The translations under genes and the position numbers were made by a program. DNA of 46,365 bases from a virus (taxonomy: Duplodnaviria; Caudoviricetes). The stretch is taken from positions 1 through 46,365 of IMG/VR virus record IMGVR_UViG_3300027412_000039. One strand, 5' to 3'. Below are positions 18,858 through 27,219 of the stretch, piece after piece (within the stretch, counting starts at the first letter, position 1; the number at the start of each line of letters is the position of its first letter). The notes under the pieces are model-generated. The model had not been told where the DNA came from and ran no database searches. It saw nothing but the letters and a program-made list of their open reading frames with translations.

Positions 18858-19525
18858 TGAGCTGCACTGAGGAAATGTTTTTGAAGGACGTAGAGCAGCA
18901 CAGTATGGCTGTCCTACGTGATGACGGAGTAAACAGGCACATCCGTTTTAAAGCAGCTGGAACCATGATTGAGCACTTCGACCTGATAACCTGGCCGGGT
19001 TACCTTTGCTACACCGGTGACATGGGGACGTATGTATTCCGTAGGCTGGAAGACATGTTTGAGTTCTTCCGCACTGACCGACAATACAACCGGAGTCGCG
19101 GGCGCGAACTCGGTATCAACTTATCCTATTGGGCTGAAAAACTTGAGGCGGTTGACCGCAGCGGAAGCGGCGGGAGTTATCAAGAGTTCTGCGAAGACAA
19201 ATTCACACGCGCCGTAATTGGCGACCTGATTCAGTGGATTCGCTCGAACTCCTACCGCACAACAAAGGATGAGCGCCGAGAGCTGTGGGATGCTGTGATG
19301 CACAATGTAATCGGCGAAGATAGTGACTCTGGAGGCTACAGAAAGCAGGCGGCAGCGCATGATTTCAACCACCATATAAACCATGATGTCGGCAATTTCT
19401 ATTTTCAGGACTTCTGGGATCACGACGTTACAAAATACACCGGCCGATTCATCTGGTGCTGCTATGCCCTGGCATGGGGGATACAGCAATACGACAATTC
19501 AAAGAGCGCTCAGGATGCGATCTGA
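18857..19525 (+). CDS. Conserved phage hypothetical protein
   Basis: TGATG coupling to the primase; FDLITWPGYLCYTGDMGTYVF, INLSYWAEKL. Confidence 0.75.
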   Translation: MSCTEEMFLKDVEQHSMAVLRDDGVNRHIRFKAAGTMIEHFDLITWPGYLCYTGDMGTYVFRRLEDMFEFFRTDRQYNRSRGRELGINLSYWAEKLEAVDRSGSGGSYQEFCEDKFTRAVIGDLIQWIRSNSYRTTKDERRELWDAVMHNVIGEDSDSGGYRKQAAAHDFNHHINHDVGNFYFQDFWDHDVTKYTGRFIWCCYALAWGIQQYDNSKSAQDAI

Positions 19526-19748
19526 CGCGTTCCCTCACCCTTCCCTATACCCAAACCCCACCGAGATACAGCGGACGCGAATTCACTCTCGCGCAGCGCC
19601 CTGCCCCGCCGGGCTAACCTCTCCGCGCCGAAGGCGCGGCAGGCAATTAGGTGAGGGAGGGGTGACAGGTGGTGGATTTTGGACGGAATCGGCGGTTTCG
19701 GCCTTTTTTTTGGCCGTTTGCTGCGCCAGACTTGATATATGTTGAAAA

Positions 19749-20021
19749 CACTTGCACCTTTGCACCCTAATTAACATAAATATTTGATTTTATTAAAAAA
19801 AAAGAGGGTGCAAGTGAGGGTGCAAGTCGGGTGCTGCGGGTGCAAGTCGGGTGCAAGTGAGGGTTTAAGGTGAAAGCACTTGCACCCGATTAAGTCTTTG
19901 ATTTATTGTGATTTTATTGTAAAGTGCAAGTGAGCGGGTGCGAGTGAATTTTTCACTTGCACCCGAGCGTAATCCCCGCCGTTACTGGGTTTTCGGGCAA
20001 TCGGGTGCAAAGGTGCAAGTG
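19749..20021. repeat. Iteron array (GGGTGCAAGT), putative prophage replication origin
   Basis: More than 10 copies in both orientations, bounded by a perfect 19-bp inverted repeat (19749-19767/20003-20021); two exact IHF consensus sites TAAATATTTGATT 19777-19789 and TAAGTCTTTGATT 19891-19903. Confidence 0.8.
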
Positions 20022-20054
20022 CTGGAAAGGTGGGGTGATCTTTTGAAGGGTGAT

Positions 20055-21056
20055 ATGAACACGTTAATCGAGGCATTTTTGACGTTCAAACAACACAACG
20101 CTGGGCGATCCGAGCGCACAGTCGCTGTTTACCGGTTGGCACTGACTCGCCTGGTGGCGTTTTTTGCAGAACGCAATGCGCTGCTGGCCACGCATGACGA
20201 TCTGGTTGTATTCAGCGGGATCTGGCTGCACAAGCTCGGCTTGACAGACCCCGTCAGCCGCCGAACTCACATAGCCGCCGCGAGAGAGTTCTATCGCTGG
20301 CTTCTGGACAATCATCATATTTCCGGAAATCCGGCTGCCGGACTGCCTTATCCGAAGGTGGGGCGCAAGATCCCGCGTGTAATGACGATGAAAAATGCAG
20401 AGAAGCTGATGTGGGCTCCGGACTTCTCAACCTTCGAGGGGGTGCGCGACGGCGCAATGCTGGCGCTGCTGATCGGCTGCGGTCTGCGCGCCTCCGGCCT
20501 GGTGAATCTAAACGATAACAGCGTGGTTGAGGATGAGGTAGATGGAAAGGTTCGGCTGATGCTGAAGGTTTTGGAAAAAGGCAATAAGGAACGACGCCTG
20601 CCGATCCCTCCTGAAGCGGACATGCTGCTGCGCCTGTACATGGCTCATGAAGACCTGAAACACATCAATCGCCTGCTGCCTGATGGCAGCCAGGTGCTGT
20701 TCGTCAGCCTGATGAATCGCACATGTACGGCAGATGAATATCACGGCGAGCATCGCCGGCTTAATCGCCGTGCCGTGTTGCAGATGGTGGCCAAGTATGG
20801 CCAGCGCGTAGGTATCCCGGACGACCAGCTGCATCCGCATGCGATGCGCCACCTGTTTGGTACCGAGCTGATCGAGGATGACGTGAACATGCTCAATGCG
20901 CAGAAACTGCTCGGGCATTCAGACCCGAAGAGCACTGAAATCTATGTGCATACGGCAATGAGAAAACTTACACGTGAGATCGATCGCGCTAATCCACTTG
21001 GCAAGATGAACACGCCAGTCAGCGCGCTGCTGAAGCAACTCGGCAGGAAGGGGTGA
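20055..21056 (+). CDS. XerC/D-like tyrosine recombinase
   Basis: N-terminal core-binding region (SERTVAVY), GLRASG, EKGNKER, HAMRH, LGH, TEIY. Confidence 0.9.
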   Translation: MNTLIEAFLTFKQHNAGRSERTVAVYRLALTRLVAFFAERNALLATHDDLVVFSGIWLHKLGLTDPVSRRTHIAAAREFYRWLLDNHHISGNPAAGLPYPKVGRKIPRVMTMKNAEKLMWAPDFSTFEGVRDGAMLALLIGCGLRASGLVNLNDNSVVEDEVDGKVRLMLKVLEKGNKERRLPIPPEADMLLRLYMAHEDLKHINRLLPDGSQVLFVSLMNRTCTADEYHGEHRRLNRRAVLQMVAKYGQRVGIPDDQLHPHAMRHLFGTELIEDDVNMLNAQKLLGHSDPKSTEIYVHTAMRKLTREIDRANPLGKMNTPVSALLKQLGRKG

Positions 21057-21295
21057 AATTGTACGTTTTAGACGCGTTCTGCGGGTTGCTGGCTGGCGCA
21101 AATCAAGGTGTGCATCCCTGAGCTATAACCACTGTATGGCGTGAAGCCAGTAGTTATCAGGCAAAGCTATGCGGCTGAGTAGTTGAGTGCAACTGAAGGT
21201 CATAACGGGCTAAAACAGATAGGCTGTCGCAACTGCTGAACAGCGTGTTGTAGCTATAAAGCGTAATTGATTGACGTGAGAACAAGGGGTGAGCG

Positions 21296-21796
21296 ATGGA
21301 AATCAAGAATGGAAAGCGTAATTCAGAGCGTGAAACTGTCAGCATTGGCACGCATCAGCCCGACCTGTTCGATGGGGTGGGGGGTCGGCAGGCGTCTTCC
21401 CCATCTCCCGCCTGGGGGGGTGGGTACCAGAATATCTGCACAGTTCTAAACTTTGAACCGGGCGCGGAGGAAAAAAAACGCGACCCGCGCCTCGAAGAAT
21501 TTAAGCAGATGGGGCTGCAACGCGTCTGGCTGGATGTTGCCGAGGAAATCGGCGTGGACGCGATGCTGAAAATGTGGCGAATTTTGGACCGAGACCAGTC
21601 CAGTATTGGGGATGACGGGCGGTTACTGGTGCCAATCAGGAGCTACAGCACCTTCCTGCGGTACCAGCGCAACCGCTACATTGAATCGTTGAACTGCATG
21701 GGGATGAAGCCTCGGGAAATACAGGAAAAACTTAACGCCCAGCTGTGTGAAAAGATCAGCCTTCGTCACATATCGCGTCTGATCCATCAGGATTAA
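21296..21796 (+). CDS. Putative Mor/C-like transcriptional activator
   Basis: VAEEIGVDAMLKMW..L, RLLVP, RYQRNRYI and C-terminal HTH-like ISLRHISRLI; start codon uncertain. Confidence 0.5.
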   Translation: MEIKNGKRNSERETVSIGTHQPDLFDGVGGRQASSPSPAWGGGYQNICTVLNFEPGAEEKKRDPRLEEFKQMGLQRVWLDVAEEIGVDAMLKMWRILDRDQSSIGDDGRLLVPIRSYSTFLRYQRNRYIESLNCMGMKPREIQEKLNAQLCEKISLRHISRLIHQD

Positions 21797-21804
21797 AATC
21801 TGCC

Positions 21805-23382
21805 ATGGCCGACAACAAAGCAATTATTTACGCTCGGGTTTCGACAACCAAACAAGCGGATGAAGGCCTGCCGGTGGAAAGTCAGATCGAGCACGGCCAC
21901 CGCAAGGCTGACGCGCTGGATGCAGATGTCCTGCGAGTTTTTACCGATGCGGGGATATCCGGCACCACCGACGCCCGCCCCGCTTTCCGCGATGCGGTAC
22001 GCTATTGCAAGGCCTACGGCGTGCAGTTTTTCATCTGCTGGAGTACTTCGCGATTCGCCCGTAACAAGCTGGATGCAGCCCTGTATAAGCGCGAACTGGA
22101 GAAATACGGCACCCGGGTGATCTATGTCAGCGTGGATCTGGACAACCGCACCGATGCTGGGTGGATGCTGGAAGGCATGCTGGAGATATTTGATGAGCAT
22201 TACTCGCGCCAGGTAAGCGCGGACACGTCGCGGAGCATGGTTAAAAACGCGCAAGACGGTCATTTTAACGGCGGCCGCGTGCCGCTGGGATATGAAACCG
22301 TTCCTGTCGGCAAGCGCAAAAAGCTGGCGATCAACGAATCCGAGGTCGGCGCTGTACGTGAAATTTTCCGCATGTGTGCCGAGGGTGCCGGCGCGAAATC
22401 AATAGCGATGCAGCTCAACAAGGACGAACGCCTGAACCGTGGACGGCGCTGGAACAAAAACACCGTACTGAATCTACTCAAGAACAGAATTTACATCGGG
22501 CAAACGGTATTCAATCGAACCAACCATAAGACCAAGGCTGTGAAACCGCAGGACGAATGGATTATCACCCAGGCACACGAGCCGATTATTGACCAGGAGA
22601 CTTTCATGGCAATCCAGAACAGGTTTGGAGAACGAACTCCAGAAGAAGGAAATGGTTCACCGAATAGCTGCTTTGTATTCACCGGACTGCTTAAATGTGG
22701 AAAATGCGGCGCCGCAATGCAGATCACCAGCTCCAAGGGGCGCAGCCGGCGTTATCACTACTACAACTGCGGAACGGCGCATCGAGTGGGAGGATGCGAG
22801 AATCGCCGAATTTCCGCGCATGAATTCGATGACTGGATGACCGATGTCGTGCTGGAAAAAATTCTCACACGCAGAATGCTGGTGTCAATGATCGAGGATA
22901 TTCAGGAGCTCACCAGCAAATGGATCAAAGAACGCGCTGAACGCCGGTCAGCTACGGTTAAAGAGCTTCGTGATGTCGAGAAAAGACAGAAGAACCTGTA
23001 TAGCGTGCTGGAGCTGCATGGAAAAGATGCACCTAACTTGGGTGATTTGACGATTCGGATGCGCGAATTGAAGACACAACGTGATGCAATCGAGACTCGA
23101 TTGATCAGGATCGAAGAAGAGGAAATGCCGGAAACGGTTGTCAGCGATATCGATGTAACCGAAATGGCTGAGATGCTGCGTGACATCGTCAAAACAACCG
23201 AAGACCCCAAACGATTGAGAATGTTCTTCTCATCGTTTATTGAGGGGATCGTCGTTGATGCGAGCTGCCTGGTAGTCAACTACGACAAATCAAAGCTCAT
23301 AAATCAAGCTGGATTTGATATGGTGCCTACTAAGCCAAATTGGCTCCCCGACCTGGATTCGAACCAGGGACCTGCGGATTAA
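21805..23382 (+). CDS. Large serine recombinase (phage integrase)
   Basis: YARVST catalytic Ser, SRFARN, recombinase domain, zinc ribbon LLKCGKCG...YYNC...C, coiled coil. Confidence 0.93.
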   Translation: MADNKAIIYARVSTTKQADEGLPVESQIEHGHRKADALDADVLRVFTDAGISGTTDARPAFRDAVRYCKAYGVQFFICWSTSRFARNKLDAALYKRELEKYGTRVIYVSVDLDNRTDAGWMLEGMLEIFDEHYSRQVSADTSRSMVKNAQDGHFNGGRVPLGYETVPVGKRKKLAINESEVGAVREIFRMCAEGAGAKSIAMQLNKDERLNRGRRWNKNTVLNLLKNRIYIGQTVFNRTNHKTKAVKPQDEWIITQAHEPIIDQETFMAIQNRFGERTPEEGNGSPNSCFVFTGLLKCGKCGAAMQITSSKGRSRRYHYYNCGTAHRVGGCENRRISAHEFDDWMTDVVLEKILTRRMLVSMIEDIQELTSKWIKERAERRSATVKELRDVEKRQKNLYSVLELHGKDAPNLGDLTIRMRELKTQRDAIETRLIRIEEEEMPETVVSDIDVTEMAEMLRDIVKTTEDPKRLRMFFSSFIEGIVVDASCLVVNYDKSKLINQAGFDMVPTKPNWLPDLDSNQGPAD

Positions 23383-23386
23383 CAGT
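23341..23386 (-). repeat. 46-bp att direct repeat (3' portion of tRNA-Asn)
   Basis: TGGCTCCCCGACCTGGATTCGAACCAGGGACCTGCGGATTAACAGT is identical to 45910-45955; identity ends just past the anticodon loop. Confidence 0.97.
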
Positions 23387-23468
23387 ACAGATAACTCATT
23401 GTTTTTTCGAAAATAAGTAGAAGAAACGTAACAGATTTTTTCCGTGCTCGGCCATCATTTTACCAGAA

Positions 23469-23500
23469 CCGAACCTATCCCGAACCTAATTTCCGAACCT
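23469..23500 (+). promoter_or_regulatory. Putative integrase arm-type sites (CCGAACCT x3)
   Basis: Copies at 23469, 23480 and 23493, about 85 bp inside the att repeat; IHF-like TAACTCATTGTTT between them and the core. Confidence 0.55.
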
Positions 23501-23606
23501 TGTTGGCCGACATAAAAAATTTCAAATAGCGACAACGATTTACCTCAAATTTTCACCGAACGAAAACAGAACTGCACAAAAATGGCGTCAATTTGCCATC
23601 GACGGG

Positions 23607-23978
23607 CGACGGGCGGAAACTGGCACCGGCCCAAAATGTGGCCCAAGGCGGACGCGGTGGGTTGCCGGATGGGGGCAGTGATCCCGGCCCGAAAACGGGT
23701 CCGAGTCGGGCAGTTTCTGGGGCAAGGCGGGTCACTCTGGCCGTGCCGCCCCCCCCTAAAGTCCCCCGTAAAGGGACAGGGTGGCGACGATGCGCCGGGT
23801 TCGTCGAGTGGCGGGGGAATTTTTTGCAGAAGTTCAGATCGCCCATCAGACTCACGCCAGAAATTCAGGGGTGGGTGAGGAGGCTAAAATTCTGAATTCC
23901 TGAAAACCTAAAATTCTGGGACGCGACATTCCGCTGACAGGCACCCACTTGACGAATATGACGATCTGCAAGCGAGAC
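23607..23978 (+). repeat. Long island repeat, copy A
   Basis: Colinear with 26771-27179 (e.g. ACCGGCCCAAAA, CCGGATGGGGG..GTGATCCC, AGTCGGGCAGTTTCTGGGGCAAGG, CATCAGACTCACGCCAGAA, AAAATTCTGAATTCCTGAAAACCT). Confidence 0.92.
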
Positions 23979-24056
23979 GAAGCGGTCATAGAAGATTGGT
24001 TGCATGCATGAGTGCTACCGACCCGATGCAGTCTTTTGCACTTAGGGAAAGTAGAC

Positions 24057-24120
24057 GTTCAACGCCCCTGTTCATCAGCGGGCCGCGAAGGGGATCATCC
24101 GCTGCAAACGATTGTTAGAC
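24057..24120 (-). other. Integron attC site
   Basis: Minus strand: R'' GTCTAAC, AATCG, L'' TTTGCAGC ... L' GCTGATGAAC, AGGGGC, R' GTTGAAC; starts 4 nt after the HNH gene stop. Confidence 0.8.
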
Positions 24121-24124
24121 CACG

Positions 24125-25210
24125 TTATTTCCCGCCTTTTTTTCGGTTGTCCTCGATACAGAGCATCTGACAATTTTCCGCTTCAGTCTTGCCGCCTTCG
24201 TGCCACGGCGTGATGTGGTCTGCCTCCATCTCCTCGATATTGAAGTCGTTGCTGCAGTCCGGACATACGCCCTTCTGTCGTTCAAATGCTGAACGGCGCA
24301 TCCTCTCATCGAATTGGCGGATGTTCAGATGCTTCTCCTTGCCGTACAGCACGTAAAGATAGATACCGCGATGGTTCGTCACGTCTTGGTCTTGGATGAG
24401 CGCCGAGATACGTTCCTCAAGTACGTCAGGGTCGAGGGGTACGTCCTTGTACTCGTTGTAAAGCTCGCCCCACGGTTGCCCCTTCATCTCCTTCTTGCGC
24501 TCGACGTAGAACGTTGCCTTCACCCAGGCGATCACATTCTGGAAGTACACCCACAATTCGTTCGCCTTCGAGTTGTGCTGGTGCTTCCCCATGTAGTCCC
24601 GAATGTTGCCTTTGCTGATCCAATCGAGCACGGTTTCTAGGTACTCCTGTCGGATCGGCGATCCATTCATCAGGTCGCCGCCAACAACATAGGCAGGGCA
24701 TCCAGTCTTGCTGAAGTGTTTCTTAGCGTCTGAGAGCCATGGTCCCGCGTAGGTGGCATTGCGTAGCTCCTGCTTGGTAAGAACCTTGCCGGCGATGTTG
24801 ATGGTCTCGAACCACGCCAACCGCTCGCTGTCGGTGCCCTTGCAGAAGTAGACCATCAACTCATAGTTTAGGATTTGTTCCTGCTGGTCGTCAGTGAGGT
24901 TATGAAAGTACAAGTCTTTCCATGCAAACTCGCCATTTACGTACTGGCAGATGGAGATGGTTCGCTGCTGGCCATCGATTACTTCGTAGGTTCCGTCGTC
25001 TCGCACAGACCAGTACATGACGTTCAGAGGGAAGTCTTGGGTCAGCGTGTCAATGACCTTGTTGCGCTCTCTGGCGTCGTAGACAAACTCACGCTGGTAG
25101 GGCGGACGAATGTCGAGTTTTCCACTGTATCCGAGCACACCGCCCTCGGCGTCGTCCTCGTATTCCTCACACAAATCGCGGACGGGGATCTTCTTGAGTT
25201 CGATTTCCAT
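24125..25210 (-). CDS. DUF262 (GmrSD-like) + HNH restriction endonuclease
   Basis: RPPYQREFVY, VIDGQQRT, FETIN, C-terminal CPDC...EADHITPWHEGGKT..NCQMLC..DN. Confidence 0.9.
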   Translation of the reverse strand: MEIELKKIPVRDLCEEYEDDAEGGVLGYSGKLDIRPPYQREFVYDARERNKVIDTLTQDFPLNVMYWSVRDDGTYEVIDGQQRTISICQYVNGEFAWKDLYFHNLTDDQQEQILNYELMVYFCKGTDSERLAWFETINIAGKVLTKQELRNATYAGPWLSDAKKHFSKTGCPAYVVGGDLMNGSPIRQEYLETVLDWISKGNIRDYMGKHQHNSKANELWVYFQNVIAWVKATFYVERKKEMKGQPWGELYNEYKDVPLDPDVLEERISALIQDQDVTNHRGIYLYVLYGKEKHLNIRQFDERMRRSAFERQKGVCPDCSNDFNIEEMEADHITPWHEGGKTEAENCQMLCIEDNRKKGGK

Positions 25211-26334
25211 CAGGCTTCAACCTTCTTGTTGCGAATCAGAATGCGAGGGTAGGTCTGAGTGAAGAGCTCACCATCGACTTTGTAGTAGGTCTTGCCTGAG
25301 GGAGGTGTCGCCACCTTAATGACTGCGCCATCGTTCAGTTTCCCCACGAGACTAACCTTTCCGTTCGCGCTCACCTGTTCTTGCTGCGGATACGTCTTGG
25401 TCGCGACACCGAACCACGTCTTGGTAATGCCGACAATTTCAAACTGCTCAGGGCTGTGCTTCGCGAAAAATCCGGGAGTGACGCCCATGACACCTTCGTA
25501 GTCTTTGGGGATGCTAGCGACTGTGCCGACCTCTATGGCGTCGAAGTTGTCGTAGGCGTGATACTCGTTAGGGTTGTAGTTCTTGTAGAGAATTAAATCC
25601 TCGTGGCGCTTCTTGTAGTCCAAGTTCGTGAACCAGCACATGTTCCCGAAGCTCCGCCACTTCTGCCCCGTTTCATCAACCCAGAACCGCGTTTCGCGTT
25701 CCGTGTAGTGGCTGGGAACTCTAAAACTCATGTCACCGCTGTTTGCGCCCAACCACATCTTCTCGTCCTTGAGGAGCGGGAAGATCTCCTTCAAGGTAAT
25801 GGCGTTCTGGTTCGCAAGAATGACGAACTTCTTGTCATACTCGATGAGTTGTGCGACATATTCCCGAAAAAGGGAGAAGGGTGGATTCGTGACTACGATG
25901 TCCGCCTGCTTCAATAGTTCGATGGCCTCCGCGCTGCGGAAGTCTCCGTCTCCTTCCAAGAAGTTGACCTCGATCTCGGCGTCTCCCGGAATCCGGTCAC
26001 CGTCCTTGTCGCCCTCGTACTCCAGGAAAATCGCATGCTTGCTGTCATTCTCACTAAAAAGGTCACGCTCCTTGTTCTTGTAGCAGGTTGCGATCAATTT
26101 TTTGAGACCGAACTTCTCGAAGTTGTAAGAAAAGAAGTGGAAGAAGGCGCTGACCCTCGGGTCATCGCAATTGAGGTAGACGACCTTGCCCTTGAAGTGC
26201 GTCCGATAGTGCTTGAGTTCCCGCTCGACGTCTTCCTGTTGCGTGTAGAACTCGTCTTCCTTATTCGTCCTCGCCCTGCTCAGACTTGCGTTCTGCGTCT
26301 CTGCAACCATCCTGTTGCTCCTTACATCGGTCAT
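25210..26334 (-). CDS. Adenine-specific DNA methyltransferase, M.EcoRI-like family
   Basis: DEFYT, VYLNCDDP, GDFRS, DIVVTNPPFSLF. Confidence 0.9.
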   Translation of the reverse strand: MTDVRSNRMVAETQNASLSRARTNKEDEFYTQQEDVERELKHYRTHFKGKVVYLNCDDPRVSAFFHFFSYNFEKFGLKKLIATCYKNKERDLFSENDSKHAIFLEYEGDKDGDRIPGDAEIEVNFLEGDGDFRSAEAIELLKQADIVVTNPPFSLFREYVAQLIEYDKKFVILANQNAITLKEIFPLLKDEKMWLGANSGDMSFRVPSHYTERETRFWVDETGQKWRSFGNMCWFTNLDYKKRHEDLILYKNYNPNEYHAYDNFDAIEVGTVASIPKDYEGVMGVTPGFFAKHSPEQFEIVGITKTWFGVATKTYPQQEQVSANGKVSLVGKLNDGAVIKVATPPSGKTYYKVDGELFTQTYPRILIRNKKVEA

Positions 26335-26355
26335 CTTGTTTTATGCATTTTCACT

Positions 26356-26480
26356 CGTGGTCTAACAGGGAATATACGGGCCTATCGGTCAGCATAACAA
26401 CTAAAATTAATGCGTCATGTTACACCACCGAAACCCGCACCCAGCCTTGATCTTCCAGCGGCTGCGCCCGTATAACAACA
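26356..26480 (-). other. Cassette 5' core site and attI-like region
   Basis: Minus strand CCCGTATATTCCCT-GTTAGACCACG; the GTTAGACCACG is the exact complement of the attC R'' flank CGTGGTCTAAC; two upstream GTTGTTAT direct repeats. Confidence 0.6.
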
Positions 26481-26590
26481 GCCATCGCCAATATATCATC
26501 ACCTAGAGCCTCTGTGCAGGATTAGTAGAGCCCCTCAATGGCGGCTTTGCGACCACCTCCTCAACCGTCCGCTCATATCACAAACATGCT

Positions 26591-27179
26591 CCACCCGAAC
26601 AGCAGCTTCCCGCCATCCAAAATTCCAGCCTCATCTTACACCCGCAGCCTTCCGGCACATCCAAAAAAGAATTACCCGCAATCACCTGTCGCACTCGACG
26701 CATCGACGCCAGCCAGCTTTCCAGAAATTCAGGATTTCAGGTTTTTGCCTCCCCTGCCCCCCCACCGCCCCGACGGGTGAAAACTGGAACCGGCCCAAAA
26801 TTGGCCCAAGGCGGACGCGCTGGCCTGCCGGATGGGGGTGGTGATCCCTGCCCCAAAACGGGTCGCAGTCGGGCAGTTTCTGGGGCAAGGTGGGTCACTC
26901 TGGGCGTGCCGCCACCCCCTTTAATTCCCCCTTGAAAGCAACTGGGCGGCGTCGATGCGCCGGGTTCGTCGGGTGGCGAGGCAAATTTTCTTTCGGCCAT
27001 TCAGATCGCCCCATCAGACTCACGCCAGAATTTCAGGGGTGGGAAGCGAAAATTCTGAATTCCTGAAAACCTGAAATTCTGGCGCGCTGACTCACATTAC
27101 ATCACATCAACCCAATACCTTCACTGACATTCCGCTTACTGGCATCCATTTATCGAACATGACGATCAGAAAGCGAGAC
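26591..27179 (+). repeat. Long island repeat, copy B (most complete)
   Basis: Left part matches copy C (CGAACAGCAGCTT, CATCTTAC, ACTCGACGCATCGACGCCAGC, CCAGAAATTCAGG); right part matches copy A. Confidence 0.92.
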
Positions 27180-27219
27180 ATTACAGCCAAAGTGCTTTGT
27201 GTCTATCTGTTAGAGTTTT

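Larger units (their letters stand above)
1..23386. mobile_element. Prophage, right part; left end and head/lysis genes lie outside the window
   Basis: Contiguous tail, regulatory, replication and recombinase genes with overlapping start/stop codons, ending at the tRNA-Asn 3' fragment at 23341-23386. Confidence 0.9.

Noticed and set aside
19749-20021. CRISPR array
   Set aside because: Repeats are ~10 bp, in mixed orientation, without unique 25-45 bp spacers; no cas genes
19938-20054. N-terminal extension of the XerC-like ORF
   Set aside because: Runs through the iteron array; ATG 20055 with an upstream GAAGGGTG is the better start
21060-21290. AGCTAT and GCAACTG short repeats as extra operators or a recombination site
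   Set aside because: Only 6-7 bp matches, with no clear dyad
23341-23386. Second tRNA gene
   Set aside because: Only the 3' 46 nt are present; no D-arm or 5' acceptor strand
27185-27219. attC after the 425-aa gene (CTCTAAC)
   Set aside because: No L boxes, no hairpin and no downstream GTTRRRY at a suitable distance
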